64,000 bases of DNA, from NCBI GenBank assembly GCA_963724295.1, contig CAVRUC010000007.1, positions 416,001 through 480,000 of the forward strand, written 5' to 3'. A program made the translations under genes and the position numbers. This DNA is from an uncultured Chloroflexia bacterium (GTDB lineage: Bacteria > Chloroflexota > Chloroflexia > Thermomicrobiales > UBA6265). The notes under the pieces were generated by a model. It was not told where the DNA came from, searched no databases, and worked only from the letters and a program-made list of their open reading frames with translations. Below are positions 1 to 9,689 of this stretch, piece after piece. The first letter of the stretch is position 1. Each line of letters starts with the position of its first letter.

Positions 1-105
1 CAAGCGGAGCTGCGCATCAGCGCGCTCGATGCCGCGAACCCGGCACGAGCCGGTAGCGACCGCATCATGAGCAATGACGATCCCTGGGACGCCGATGCCT
101 CCTAG
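1..105 (+). CDS. xseB: 3' end of probable exodeoxyribonuclease VII small subunit (partial)
   Basis: Frame 1 reads QAELRISALDAANPARAGSDRIMSNDDPWDADAS*. QAELRI resembles the XseB C-terminal helix; only a fragment is visible. Confidence 0.5.
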   Translation, partial: QAELRISALDAANPARAGSDRIMSNDDPWDADAS

Positions 106-156
106 CGTGTCGCGGACCTCCTGGCCCGCCCTCCCCGCGCGGGAGACACGGCGACG

Positions 157-1221
157 ATGAAACCCCATCTCATGCTCGAGCCGCTTCCCGCCGGAAAGCT
201 GCCCGGCTGGCTTCTGCGCAAGGTGCTACCCGGGTCAGCCCGCGATCCCGACATTCTGGTTGGTCCCGGGCTGGGGAGAGACGCGGCCGCGATTGCCGTT
301 GGCGAGCGTGTCGTGGTAGCCAAGAACGACCCCATCACCTTCGCTACCGAAGGTGGCGCCGCCCACTTGGTGGACGTGAACGCCAACGACGTCGCTTGCA
401 TGGGAGCAACGCCGAGGTGGCTCCTTGTCACGGCGCTCTTGCCGCAGGGAGTAACGCCGGCGGACGTCCTCAATCAATTTGCCGAGTTGCGAGAGACATG
501 CCGACACCGTTCCGTCGAGCTGATTGGCGGTCACACCGAAATCGTGCCGGGACTTACGCGGCCGATTCTGGTCGGCATGATGCTCGGAGACGCGGCTCCT
601 CACGAGCTCATCCGGCCCGGGAAGGCCCAACCCGGGGATGTCCTGCTGGTCACGAAGGGACTTGCGATCGAGGGGACGGCTCTGCTGGCCAGAGAACGAG
701 CCGGCGTGCTGCAGGAGCGGATCGGTAGCGACTTGGTCCAGGCCGCGGCACGTCTGCTGGACGAACCCGGAATTTCCATCGTGGCGGAGGCGGAAATCGC
801 TCGCCGCACCGGCCAGGTCACCGCGCTGCACGATCCTACCGAGGGCGGCTTCGCCAGCGCGGTTCGCGAGCTGGCGATCGTCTCAGGAGCGGGAGTCGAG
901 ATCGACGCCGAGGCAATTCCGATTCTGGAGGAAACACGCGCTTTGGCCGAAGCACTCGGTATCGATCCATTGGGAATGCTGGCGTCCGGATCGCTGCTGA
1001 TCGCAACCCGGGCGGAGGGCGTGCCATCGATCGTGCGCGACATCGAAGCTGCCGGGATTCCGGTCAGTGTCGTCGGCAGGCTGACCGAGGATCCACAGGA
1101 CGCGTCGCTCATTGACGGTGCGGTGAGACGCCCGCTGCCCGAGTTCGCGGTCGACGAGGTCGCGCGGGTGCTATCCGGGAGCGGGAACTCCGATTCCTCG
1201 TCCCCTCGTCCAGCTTCATGA
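157..1221 (+). CDS. AIR synthase-related (PurM/HypE/ThiL superfamily) protein
   Basis: Motifs GPGLGRDAAA, KNDPIT, NANDVA, IGGHTE, LHDPTEGG. Confidence 0.85.
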   Translation: MKPHLMLEPLPAGKLPGWLLRKVLPGSARDPDILVGPGLGRDAAAIAVGERVVVAKNDPITFATEGGAAHLVDVNANDVACMGATPRWLLVTALLPQGVTPADVLNQFAELRETCRHRSVELIGGHTEIVPGLTRPILVGMMLGDAAPHELIRPGKAQPGDVLLVTKGLAIEGTALLARERAGVLQERIGSDLVQAAARLLDEPGISIVAEAEIARRTGQVTALHDPTEGGFASAVRELAIVSGAGVEIDAEAIPILEETRALAEALGIDPLGMLASGSLLIATRAEGVPSIVRDIEAAGIPVSVVGRLTEDPQDASLIDGAVRRPLPEFAVDEVARVLSGSGNSDSSSPRPAS

Positions 1222-2171
1222 GTCTCCTTCTCGTTGGCAGCGTCAACGCTCATGTCGGTTTCCGTAACGGGATGGACATCCTCCAGTCGGGAGGATCGGC
1301 GATCGACGCCGTCGTCACCGCGATCGGGAAAGTCGAGGCAAACCCGGACGACCACTCCGTCGGCTTCGGCGGCCTGCCGAACCTCGAGGGTGAGGTCGAG
1401 CTCGATGCGAGCCTCATGGACGGCCGCACCTTGGGCAGCGGCGCCGTAGCGGCGTTGCACGGGTATCAGGACGCCATCGCCCTCGCTCGCGTCGTCATGG
1501 AGGAGCTGCCGCACGTTCTGGTTGTCGGCTCCGGCGCGAGCCGCCTGGCCAACGAGGCCGGTTTCCAGCGTCAGGATCTGTTGACGCCGGAAGCGCGGAT
1601 CATCTGGGAATCACCTTTCACCGAAGCCGGGACCGCCGACGCCTATCGCGAAAAGATGCGAGAGCTTGCCGGGCGGTTGAGCCGGGATCCGGAACGCCCG
1701 CACGATGCTCACGGGACCGTCAACGTCATCGCGCGCGATGCCGCCGGCAACCTGGCCAGCGGCGTAAGCACCTCAGGCTGGGCCTGGAAGTTTCCCGGGC
1801 GAGTCGGCGACTCCCCGATCATCGGGGCGGGCAACTACGTCGATAACCGCTGGGGCGCGGCGACATGCACCGGTCGGGGTGAGATGGCACAGCGATGCTG
1901 CACCGCTCACAGCGTGGTGACGTTCATGCGCTGCGGAATGTCGCTGGCCGACGCGTTAAGAATGGCGGCCGAGGATCTCCATCGACTTCCCGACGAGTAC
2001 CGAAGCGAAGTCAATATCATCGCCGTCGACCGGGACGGTCGACATTCGGCGGTGTCAACCTCACCGGGGAAGACGTACATCGCCATGTCCGGCAACGACG
2101 GAGAGATCGTCGAATTGCAACGCGAGTTCGTGGCACCACCACCCGGCACCCCAGCGGCAACCACAAGCTGA
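1218..2171 (+). CDS. Ntn-hydrolase, glycosylasparaginase / isoaspartyl peptidase family
   Basis: SVGFGGLPN, ELDASLMDG, HG-TV autocleavage site, STSG, PGRVGDSPIIGAG, TGRGE; ATGA overlap with the upstream gene. Confidence 0.9.
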   Translation: MSLLLVGSVNAHVGFRNGMDILQSGGSAIDAVVTAIGKVEANPDDHSVGFGGLPNLEGEVELDASLMDGRTLGSGAVAALHGYQDAIALARVVMEELPHVLVVGSGASRLANEAGFQRQDLLTPEARIIWESPFTEAGTADAYREKMRELAGRLSRDPERPHDAHGTVNVIARDAAGNLASGVSTSGWAWKFPGRVGDSPIIGAGNYVDNRWGAATCTGRGEMAQRCCTAHSVVTFMRCGMSLADALRMAAEDLHRLPDEYRSEVNIIAVDRDGRHSAVSTSPGKTYIAMSGNDGEIVELQREFVAPPPGTPAATTS

Positions 2172-2208
2172 GTCGTTTACACGACGCCCGCCAGTCGCGT
2201 CGGGGTGG

Positions 2209-4098
2209 CTAGACGTCCCGGTTCAGCGTCTCCAGGAACTCTTCGTTCGCCTGCGTCTTTGACAGCCTGCTCAAAAGGAGCTCAGTGCCCTCGCTGCCGC
2301 CAAGCATCGAGACCATCCGCCGCATCGTCCAGACCTGGCGCAACGTCGATTCGTCGAGCAAGAGCTCTTCCCGCCGCGTTCCGGAGCGCTGGATGTCGAT
2401 CGATGGATAGATGCGCCGTTCCGCTAGCTTGCGGTCCAGGTGCAACTCCATATTCCCGGTGCCCTTGAACTCCTCGTAGATGACGTCGTCCATCCGGCTT
2501 CCGGTATCGATCAAGCAGGTGGAGACCACCGTCAAACTGCCTCCACCCTCGATGTTCCGCGCGGCGCCGAAAAAGCGCTTGGGCGGATAGAGGGCGACGG
2601 GATCGATACCGCCGGAGAGCGTGCGGCCACTCGGCGGTACGGCCAGGTTGTAGGCCCGCGCCAGGCGCGTGATCGAGTCGAGCAGGATCACCACGTCCCG
2701 GCCGCCTTCGACCAGTCGCTTGGCGCGCTCGAGCGCCATCTCGGCGACTTTGGTGTGGTCCTCGACTGGTTCGTCGAACGTCGACGAGATCACCTCGCCT
2801 TCGATCGAGCGGCGCATGTCGGTGACTTCCTCAGGCCGCTCGCCGATGAGGCAGACCATGAGATGGATGTCCGGGCAGTTCGAGCTGATCCCGTTCGCGA
2901 TTGCTTTCAGGAGCATCGTCTTGCCGGCTTTCGGCGGCGAAACGATCAAACCGCGCTGCCCGCGGCCAATCGGCGCCACCAGGTTGAGCAGCCGGGTGGA
3001 GAGGATATTTGGCGCCGTCTCGAGGTTGATCAGCTCCAGGGGAAAGATGGGGGTCAGCGAGTCGAACGATGGACGCCGGCGCGCGGTTTCCGCGTCGATG
3101 CCATTGACGGCCTCCACGCGGAGCAGGCTGTAGAACTTCTCGTTGTCCTTCGGCGGGCGCACCTGACCGCTGATGCGGTCGCCAGTGCGAAGACCGAAGC
3201 GGCGAATCTGCGATTGAGAGACGTAGATGTCATCCGGGCCGGGAAGGAACCGCGGGCCCCTCAGAAAACCGAACCCATCTTCGATGATCTCGAGGATGCC
3301 GTCGCCGAAGATCTGCCCGTCTTTCTCCGTCTGGGCGCGCAGCAGCCGCACCATCTGTTCTTGCTTCGGCAGGCGGCTGAACGACGGAATCTCGAGGTCT
3401 CTGGCCATCTCGGCCAGCTCCTCGGCTGTCTTGGCCTCCAGCTCGGCAATGGTGATATGGGGTGGACCGGTTCGCGTGGGAGCAGCCGCTGCCGTGAACG
3501 GCGCGCCGTTCCGCGGCCGTGACTGACCGTATCCAGCCTGCCGGCCGTCGCGACCGTCTCCAGATTGCCGGCCGTCCCGGCCATCCCCGGCAAAGCGCTC
3601 GGCGCCATTGGAGCGCTCGCCTGGTGCAGGGCGCGGACCGCGGTCGCGCCTTCCTCGACTATCTCGAGTGCGATTTCGCTGGTTGAGATCGGAGCGGCCG
3701 TCGCCGGCCGGTTCGACAGGTCGTTCGATGGCCGGGGATTCCCACGCTGTGGCGGCTATCGCCGGCGCCTCCGCCGTCACGGCGTCGACAGGCGGAGCAT
3801 CGATAGGCGGAGGTTCGGAAACCGTAATCGGATCTCCGGTGACTACGGCCTCTGGTTCGCCGCTAGCAACGGATTCCTGGCTGGAATCGGTCGCTGCTGC
3901 TTCTCGAGCAGGCGATTGATCCGGCGATATATCTAGAGTCGCCACCGCTGTTGGCTCGGCGGCTCCGTCTCCTGTGCTCTCGGCAGTAGGCATCGCGGCT
4001 GCCCGCGGGCGCGGGGCTCTCCGGCGAGGCGTAGGGGTCGACACAGGCTCCGATTCGACTGTCTCGTCGACGGTCAAGAGAGTTCCCTCCATGTCCAC
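2209..4098 (-). CDS. rho: Transcription termination factor Rho with long N-terminal extension
   Basis: [55 protein letters not shown]; exact start uncertain. Confidence 0.97.
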   Translation of the reverse strand: MDMEGTLLTVDETVESEPVSTPTPRRRAPRPRAAAMPTAESTGDGAAEPTAVATLDISPDQSPAREAAATDSSQESVASGEPEAVVTGDPITVSEPPPIDAPPVDAVTAEAPAIAATAWESPAIERPVEPAGDGRSDLNQRNRTRDSRGRRDRGPRPAPGERSNGAERFAGDGRDGRQSGDGRDGRQAGYGQSRPRNGAPFTAAAAPTRTGPPHITIAELEAKTAEELAEMARDLEIPSFSRLPKQEQMVRLLRAQTEKDGQIFGDGILEIIEDGFGFLRGPRFLPGPDDIYVSQSQIRRFGLRTGDRISGQVRPPKDNEKFYSLLRVEAVNGIDAETARRRPSFDSLTPIFPLELINLETAPNILSTRLLNLVAPIGRGQRGLIVSPPKAGKTMLLKAIANGISSNCPDIHLMVCLIGERPEEVTDMRRSIEGEVISSTFDEPVEDHTKVAEMALERAKRLVEGGRDVVILLDSITRLARAYNLAVPPSGRTLSGGIDPVALYPPKRFFGAARNIEGGGSLTVVSTCLIDTGSRMDDVIYEEFKGTGNMELHLDRKLAERRIYPSIDIQRSGTRREELLLDESTLRQVWTMRRMVSMLGGSEGTELLLSRLSKTQANEEFLETLNRDV

Positions 4099-4341
4099 GC
4101 ATATGCAGTTGCAGATGAGGACTTAATCACGTTTCCACTTGGTTGAGCGTTCACGCTGCCGCCCAAACACGTCGCGGCTCGTCTCACCACGGTCGACAGG
4201 TTGGATTGCCATTGCAATGCCGATGTGGCACACGCTCTTCAGACACATCGAGAGAGAGGCACTGCAATGTCCGGCGCTCCAACAAGAGGAGAAAAAACGG
4301 CGGAGGGCGAGGTTTGAAATTGCCCCCGACGCGGCGAACTT

Positions 4342-4370
4342 ACTTTAGCACTGGGCGGGATACTCGTCAA
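4342..4370 (-). promoter_or_regulatory. Sigma-70-type promoter of rho
   Basis: Minus strand TTGACG-17 nt-TAAAGT with an extended TGn -10. Confidence 0.6.
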
Positions 4371-4414
4371 CAAACCGCATCTTCGCCGGTTCTCCGCGGC
4401 GCTTCGCTCACCTC

Positions 4415-5398
4415 CTACCCGAACGGAACGCCATAGACATCGAGCTTGCTCGGCCGGTGCACGGTGTCGATGCGGCGGGTCGTGCCAAAGCGAGAGCGCA
4501 TCACGATCGACTGGGTGGTCGCGCCGCCGCCGAAATAGTGAACGCCCCTGAGCAACTCGCCATCGGTTATTCCGGTGGCGGCAAAGAAGACGTCGTCGCT
4601 GCGGACGAGGTCGGCACCACTCAACACGCGCGAGACGTCAATCCCATGCGCGTTGACGGCGGCCCACTCGTCCTCATTCCGCGGCCAGAGCTTGCACTGC
4701 ATCGCTCCGCCCACGCAGCGGATGGCGCAGGCCGCTACGACCGCCTCCGGCGCCCCGCCGATCCCCATCAAGACATCGATTCCGGTGCCCGGGGTCGCGG
4801 CCATGACCGCACCGGCGACGTCACCATCCATGATGAACCGGATGCGCGCTCCGGTCTCGCGAATCTCCTGCGCGAGCGACTCATGGCGTGGCCTGTCGAG
4901 CATGACGACGGCCAGGTCCTGGACGTCTCTGCTCAGCGCGCGAGCCACATTCTCCAGATTCGTCGCCACAGAGGCATTGATATCGATGGCGTCGGCCGCT
5001 TCCGGACCAACGGCGATCTTGTCCATGTAGGCAACGTACGGCGACTCGAACATGGAGCCGCGCTCGGAGACGGCAACCGTCGAGATCGAGTTTGCCATCC
5101 CCTGCGAGAGCAACCGAGTGCCATCAATCGGGTCGACCGCGATGTCGGTCTTCGGTTCGTCGGCGCAGCCCAGGTGCTCGCCCTCGAACAACATCGGGGC
5201 TTTGTCCTTCGCCCCTTCGCCAATGACGACGACACCGTCCATGGGGATCGTGTTCAGCACCATGCGCATGGCGTCGACGGCCGCCTGATCGGCCGCTTCC
5301 TTGTCTCCGCGCCCCATCCAGCGGCCCGCTGTCAGCGCAGCGGCCTCGGTGACCCGGACGAGATCGAGCGCGAGATTCCGACCGATTTCCTGTTCCAT
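4415..5398 (-). CDS. glpX: Class II fructose-1,6-bisphosphatase
   Basis: RVTEAAA, ADQAAVDAMR, VVIGEG, DPIDGT, DRPRH, DGDV, ATGITDG; GAGGAG RBS before ATG 5398. Confidence 0.95.
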   Translation of the reverse strand: MEQEIGRNLALDLVRVTEAAALTAGRWMGRGDKEAADQAAVDAMRMVLNTIPMDGVVVIGEGAKDKAPMLFEGEHLGCADEPKTDIAVDPIDGTRLLSQGMANSISTVAVSERGSMFESPYVAYMDKIAVGPEAADAIDINASVATNLENVARALSRDVQDLAVVMLDRPRHESLAQEIRETGARIRFIMDGDVAGAVMAATPGTGIDVLMGIGGAPEAVVAACAIRCVGGAMQCKLWPRNEDEWAAVNAHGIDVSRVLSGADLVRSDDVFFAATGITDGELLRGVHYFGGGATTQSIVMRSRFGTTRRIDTVHRPSKLDVYGVPFG

Positions 5399-5406
5399 AG
5401 CACTCC

Positions 5407-8286
5407 TCACGCGCTGTGCAACGACCTTCCACCAGATGGCTGGGTCTCCCGCGTGGTCTCGAGCCAGTTCCGGGCAGAGCCAGGGAGATCCAGGACGCTT
5501 CCAACTTCAACCGAGCATTCTGGAAGTGACTGCAGGAACGTGGCCCCGTAGCGCTTCGTCAAGATGCGGCGGTCGAGCACCGCGCAGACCCCGCGGTCGC
5601 GGCTGGACCGGATCAGCCGGCCAAATCCCTGTTTGAACCGCAGCACCGCCTGGGGCACCGCGTAGCCGGCAAACGCATCCTCGAAGGCCTCGCTGCGAGC
5701 GGCGAATACCGGATCCGTGGGAACCGTGAACGGGAGCCGGGTGATGACTAGCAGGCTCAACGCCTCGCCGGCGACATCGACACCCTCCCAGAACGAGGCG
5801 GTGCCGAGAATCGCGACATTCGTCTCTCGCCTGAGGCGCTCCGTCAACTGCTGAGGCGAGCCATCCCGCCGCTGCGCGAGCACGGTGATGCCCCGGTCCT
5901 GCAATGGCCCTGTGATCGATCTCGCCATGTCGCTGAGTAGCGCATGCGACGTGAACAACACGAGCGCGCGACCGCGGGTGGCGTCGATGACGTCGATCAG
6001 GGTGCGCTCCAGCACGTCGCGATAGTCAGGGTTCGTTGGCTCCGGGGTGTCATCGGTCAGGTAGAGCAGTACCGACGACCGGTAGTCGAACGGAGACGGC
6101 ACGATCAACGAGGAGGCATCTGGAATGCCGAGGCGGGACGCGAGATAGCCGCAGTGTCCATCGACCGCGAGCGTCGCAGAGGTCAGAACGGCCGCTCTCG
6201 GTTTCTTGAAGAGGCGCTCCTGGAGGAGACCGCTGACATCGAGCGGGGCGGAGCGAAACACGATGCGATCGAGCGCCCCCTGCCGTTCGAGCCAGAACAC
6301 TCGACCCGCCTCAGGAGCATCGAGCGCGCTGGCGAACTTGCCCGCCAGCTCGGTCCCGATGCGAATCGTGTTCGCCAGATCGCTCAGGAGCAGCTCCTGG
6401 CGCTCGCCGGCCTCGGCGAGATCGGCAATGGCCACGTCGTCGACCTCGTCGACTGCTGAAGCAAACCAGCGCAGCGCCGACTCAGCCGAACGAAGTCCCT
6501 CCAGGAGCCGGTCCCACGCCTCATCAACGGTTTGCCAGGCAGGTGCGGAGCGAGTGGCCGCGGTCACCCGGCAGGCACGCTCTGCGCCGCCATTGCCGGC
6601 ACCGCTTTCGACCTGGACGTACTCCAATGCCGCAAAGAGGTCTCGACCCGCGGAGCGAATTGACGCTGATGCGGCGAGGGCATTGTCGAGACGCTCGCGG
6701 GCGAGTCGCGCGCGCTTCTGCCCCGCGCTGTCCGCGGCCGCGCCCATGAGAAACGCCACGGCGCCCGCGGCTACGCCCGACAGTGCCGCGCCGTCGTTGC
6801 CGGCCACGGCCTCGGCATACTCGGTGAGATTCCGCTCGCTCAACGTGACGGTGAATTGCGCCGTGGCCTGATCTTCCAGATGGTGCGCTTCGTCGACGAC
6901 GAGCGCGTCATAGTCCGGCAGGATGCGATTGCTCGACGCCGCGTCGGTCAACAGCAGCGCGTGGTTCACGACGACGAGGTGCGCGCTCTCGGCGGCCCGA
7001 CGGGCGCGAAAGAGGAAGCATTGATTGCGCTGATGGAAGACACATGCACCAGGGTCGCAGGCGCCTTCTTCTTCCGCAATCTGGCGCCAGAAGTGTTCCT
7101 CGCCGCCGGTCAGCCGCAACTCGGCGCGGTCCCCGGTCGTCGTCTGCGGCAGCCAGGCCAGGATCTTTGCCTTGAGCCGGGCTTCATTTGGTTCGAGTGA
7201 GTCCTGTCGCTCCCAGGGGAACCACTTTCGCAAACAGAGGTAGTTGGCACGGCCTTTCAGCGCGACGACGCCGACCTGTCTCTCGCCGTCAGCCTTGGTC
7301 AGGGCGGCGATCAGATCCGGCACATCCTTGCGCAAGAGCTGATCCTGAAGGGCCAGGGTGTTGGTCGACAGGACGACGGTCTCGCCGCGCTCGGTCGCGG
7401 ACAAGGCGGCGGGCACGAGGTACGCCAGGCTCTTCCCGGTCCCCGTACCGGCCTCCACCAGGATCTGGCCGTTGAGGTTGATCGCTTCCGCCACGGCATC
7501 CGCCATCTCCTCTTGCTGCCGACGGCGCTCGAAGCCCGCGATCACCTCGGAGAGCGTGCCCCGGGGCCCGATCACCTCCTGCACGACCCGAGGATCCACC
7601 GGCTCCAGCGATCCAGTCGGTTCGAGAGCATCTTCTCTGGCGCGCTCTCGCAAGAACGCGATCTCCGGCGGCATGAGTCGAGGGTGCTCACCCGGGCGGA
7701 AGCGCGCCGCGATCCGCGGCTCAAACAGCTCGGCGAAGTTCCAGCCCCCTTCGGAAACGTGGGTTGCCAGCCGTTCCAGCGTGACATCGTCGTAGGCCGC
7801 GATTCTCACCAGCAGCGCCTCGAACACGTCTGTGAGTGTGACCGCGGCAGTGCGCTGAGGGTCGTCGTCGCTCGAAGTGGCGCCGAGTGCCTCAGCGAGC
7901 GTGTCGAGGTCGGTCGCCGGCAATGCCGGAACAAGGATCGATGCCAGTTCGGCGGTATCGAGCGGAGCCTGTTCCAGGCGAACGCCTTCTGCCGCCAGGA
8001 CCGCTAGTGACCGGTCGGCGTCGTGGGTGACCAGCCGGCTGTTTCCGAGCAGCTCGCGCAGTCTGGCCGCAATCTCCGGCCATTCGGCCTCGAAAGGGCG
8101 ACCTTCGACGTCATTCAGTGCTGAATTCTGAGGATCGGAACCGGAGACCCTGGTGCGGACGACCGCGTCAAACCGCGTCCGGTCTCCGCTGGCATCGACG
8201 GCGACGGCGGATACGCTGCTCACCCGATCCCTTCGCGGATCAGGTCCAGTCGTGGTCAATGCCAGCGCAACAAACGGCAAGCTCAC
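5407..8286 (-). CDS. dinG: DinG/YoaA-family helicase with degenerate N-terminal exonuclease domain
   Basis: EAGTGTGKS, KGRANYLC, VVNHALL, DEAHHL, TSATL, FWEGVD, KQGFGRLIRS. Confidence 0.92.
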   Translation of the reverse strand: MSLPFVALALTTTGPDPRRDRVSSVSAVAVDASGDRTRFDAVVRTRVSGSDPQNSALNDVEGRPFEAEWPEIAARLRELLGNSRLVTHDADRSLAVLAAEGVRLEQAPLDTAELASILVPALPATDLDTLAEALGATSSDDDPQRTAAVTLTDVFEALLVRIAAYDDVTLERLATHVSEGGWNFAELFEPRIAARFRPGEHPRLMPPEIAFLRERAREDALEPTGSLEPVDPRVVQEVIGPRGTLSEVIAGFERRRQQEEMADAVAEAINLNGQILVEAGTGTGKSLAYLVPAALSATERGETVVLSTNTLALQDQLLRKDVPDLIAALTKADGERQVGVVALKGRANYLCLRKWFPWERQDSLEPNEARLKAKILAWLPQTTTGDRAELRLTGGEEHFWRQIAEEEGACDPGACVFHQRNQCFLFRARRAAESAHLVVVNHALLLTDAASSNRILPDYDALVVDEAHHLEDQATAQFTVTLSERNLTEYAEAVAGNDGAALSGVAAGAVAFLMGAAADSAGQKRARLARERLDNALAASASIRSAGRDLFAALEYVQVESGAGNGGAERACRVTAATRSAPAWQTVDEAWDRLLEGLRSAESALRWFASAVDEVDDVAIADLAEAGERQELLLSDLANTIRIGTELAGKFASALDAPEAGRVFWLERQGALDRIVFRSAPLDVSGLLQERLFKKPRAAVLTSATLAVDGHCGYLASRLGIPDASSLIVPSPFDYRSSVLLYLTDDTPEPTNPDYRDVLERTLIDVIDATRGRALVLFTSHALLSDMARSITGPLQDRGITVLAQRRDGSPQQLTERLRRETNVAILGTASFWEGVDVAGEALSLLVITRLPFTVPTDPVFAARSEAFEDAFAGYAVPQAVLRFKQGFGRLIRSSRDRGVCAVLDRRILTKRYGATFLQSLPECSVEVGSVLDLPGSARNWLETTRETQPSGGRSLHSA

Positions 8287-8317
8287 GTCGGGGTCTGGCC
8301 TTCTAGTGTCGAGGGGC

Positions 8318-9487
8318 CTAAAGGGCCCGCGCGGAAAGAGACTCGGCTAAGGCAAGGGTGAGCAACGCGAGTTGCGTGACTCCCTTTGCAACAGGCTCCA
8401 GGTCGATGAATTCGTCGGTACGATGCACGTTGCCGCCGGTGGTGAGCCCGATGCACACAGCGGGGATCCCCGCCGCGATCGGAACGTTGGCGTCGGTGCT
8501 CGACGCATCGAAGCTCGGTTCCAGACCGAGTGCCGTCAACGTACCCGCGGCGATCTGGACTATCGGGCTGTCACCTGAAACCACGCCGGCCGGGCGCTCG
8601 CCGATCGACTCGGCCGCGTAGACAACCGCATCCCCCCGATTGCTGCGCTCAACGAGTCGGGTCACCCGATCGCTGAGCCGGCGCAGCGCCGACTCGTCGA
8701 TCGATCGCAGGTCGAGAAGACACGACGCTTCCGGGGCGATTGTATTCACCGAGACACCGCCGTCAATCATGCCGACGTTCAACGTCGTCTTTGGTGAGCG
8801 AGGCAACGGGATCGCATCGAGCTCCGCAATCAGCCTGGACAATCCATGGATGGCGTTCGGGCGCCCGAAGTCGCCCCACGAGTGCCCACCCGGGCCCGTG
8901 ACCGTAATACGAAAGCGTCTGCTACCCACAGCAACATGCGTCACACGTCCCAGATTGTGGCCCTCCAGAGCCACGACTGCGCCGATGTCCGACCGGGATC
9001 CCAGCACTTCACGAATCCCCCGCAAGTTGCCCAGACCTTCCTCGCCAACATTGCCGGTGAGGAGGACATCAACGGCGGGCGTCTCGCCGGCAATCCGTAG
9101 CAGGTCGGCCAGCTTGATAGCCGCCGCTACGGCGATGCTGTTGTCTCCGACACCGGGTCCCGACAAGCGATCGGCGGACCGCTTGATCTCCAAAGGCGTG
9201 CCAAGCGGGAACACCGTGTCGATGTGCGCGGCGACAACGAGCCTCGACGTTCCGGGATAGGACTCCAACTGACCAGGAATCACGCCAACAACGTCGCCAA
9301 TCGCATCTCGCTCCGTTGCCAGGCCGGCGGTGGCGAAAAGCCGCTCGACGAGAAGCGACTTCGCACTCTCCTCGCCCGTCGGGGACGGCACCGCCGCGAT
9401 CAGTGCGGTGAGTTCAAGCACATCGGGAGTGACCGCATGGGCGGCAGCCCGCACGGCCTCGATCCGCTCTGGTGAGGCCAGGATCAC
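8318..9487 (-). CDS. M20/M25/M40 family metallopeptidase
   Basis: AHIDTV, GDN, GEEGLG, GPGGHSW, STDAN, HRTDE. Confidence 0.9.
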   Translation of the reverse strand: MILASPERIEAVRAAAHAVTPDVLELTALIAAVPSPTGEESAKSLLVERLFATAGLATERDAIGDVVGVIPGQLESYPGTSRLVVAAHIDTVFPLGTPLEIKRSADRLSGPGVGDNSIAVAAAIKLADLLRIAGETPAVDVLLTGNVGEEGLGNLRGIREVLGSRSDIGAVVALEGHNLGRVTHVAVGSRRFRITVTGPGGHSWGDFGRPNAIHGLSRLIAELDAIPLPRSPKTTLNVGMIDGGVSVNTIAPEASCLLDLRSIDESALRRLSDRVTRLVERSNRGDAVVYAAESIGERPAGVVSGDSPIVQIAAGTLTALGLEPSFDASSTDANVPIAAGIPAVCIGLTTGGNVHRTDEFIDLEPVAKGVTQLALLTLALAESLSARAL

Positions 9488-9689
9488 AAGCTCTCCGGCT
9501 CGCTTAACGGGTGTGGCTCACCGATGCGCGAACTCGCGCTGATATCCCGAAAAGCGCGACCACGGCCGTGAGCAGACTGCAATGGAATGATACCATTACC
9601 GACCATAAGATACTGTCGCTGCTGACCGTCACGCGACCGTTTCTGGTAATCAGCGGACACCGCCGCCATCATCGCACGGAGGTCTCACC

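Noticed and set aside
157..1221. selD (selenophosphate synthetase)
   Set aside because: Same fold superfamily, but it lacks the N-terminal G[C/U]xxK and DFF motifs.
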